IMG/VR virus record: IMGVR_UViG_3300028591_000012
Span: 32,001-96,000 of that record
Source of the DNA: a virus
Taxonomy: Duplodnaviria; Caudoviricetes
Reading direction: 5' to 3' (one strand)
DNA: 64,000 bases
The position numbers and the translations under genes were made by a program. Positions within the stretch are counted from its first letter, which is position 1. Every line of letters starts with the position of its first letter. The notes beneath the pieces are model-generated. The model saw only the letters and a program-made list of their open reading frames with translations, was not told where the DNA came from and did no database searches. Shown piece after piece: positions 63,514-64,000 of this stretch.

Positions 63514-64000
63514 AAATCATACGCATACGGTTTTCCGTACAACGTTTATTAAACCGTTTACACTTGGTTACAACGGCATTGTCTTTTACAATGTCGTAAT
63601 CAACTTTGTAAACATCCACACCCTTGTGCCAATTCTTAGTTCCGTAATATCTGTGATTAACTGTGTCGCAATCATAAAAGTAGTATGTAAAGATGTCACC
63701 CTTAATTGTGGAATCAAATATTCCATAAGTGCCTGCGATGTCACAACGCTTATCTTCTGGTGATGCTTTACAGAACCATATAACGTGATTTTCAAGCTTT
63801 TCGCCCGATAAACCTTGATGTTTCCATTCTTCAACTAGTGTGTGCATTTGCTACTCCTTAAACCATACCATTTGTTATTCCATCTCTTGAACGTTTCGGG
63901 CGTACAAGGATTTCCCCAATTACAACACTGCTTTTCTGTTATCTGTCTATCTCTAACTAGATAATCAGTAAAACAAGACCACGCAAATTGCATAGACCAA

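Larger units (their letters stand above)
1..64000. mobile_element. Segment of a large temperate bacteriophage (early/replication/lysis/accessory region)
   Basis: Integrase with attP, repressors, antirepressor, ERF, DnaC-like, HNH, MazG, spanin-like pair, many short co-oriented hypothetical ORFs; no core bacterial housekeeping operons. Confidence 0.93.

Noticed and set aside
2907-63834. Many short antisense or overlapping ORFs in the six-frame track (for example 6203-6574, 11172-11594, 57274-57639, 62848-63324)
   Set aside because: They overlap better-supported genes, lack an RBS and show shadow-frame composition.

Overview
AT-rich, gene-dense segment of a large temperate bacteriophage, probably infecting a spirochaete such as Treponema (inferred from the style of the integrase, repressors, SSB and lipoproteins). 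No capsid, terminase or tail genes are recognisable, so this is the early, replication, lysis and accessory part of the genome. It carries a tyrosine integrase beside an apparently intact attP (3' part of tRNA-Gly flanked by TGGTCACA arm repeats), two repressor switch regions, an antirepressor, an SbcD-SbcC fusion, ERF, a DnaC-like loader, SSBs, two DNA methyltransferases, nucleotide-pool enzymes, a holin/spanin-like lysis block, tRNA-Glu and several C4-like structured leaders. The standout is a minus-strand reverse transcriptase operon: RT (59019-60263), two small unknown ORFs, an inserted HNH-AP2 endonuclease and a 291-aa unknown ORF. It runs directly into an array of six ~124-nt non-coding units (55986-56725). 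The units share a covarying scaffold, and each carries a different GC-rich 10-18 bp hairpin. This is a candidate RT plus ncRNA-array system, distinct from a canonical CRISPR, DGR, group II intron or single retron. A second notable feature is a 72-bp segment inside a PAPS-reductase-family gene that is inverted between perfect 19-bp inverted repeats; flipping it restores the reading frame and the conserved Cys motif. All family assignments are from motif recognition by eye; no searches were run.
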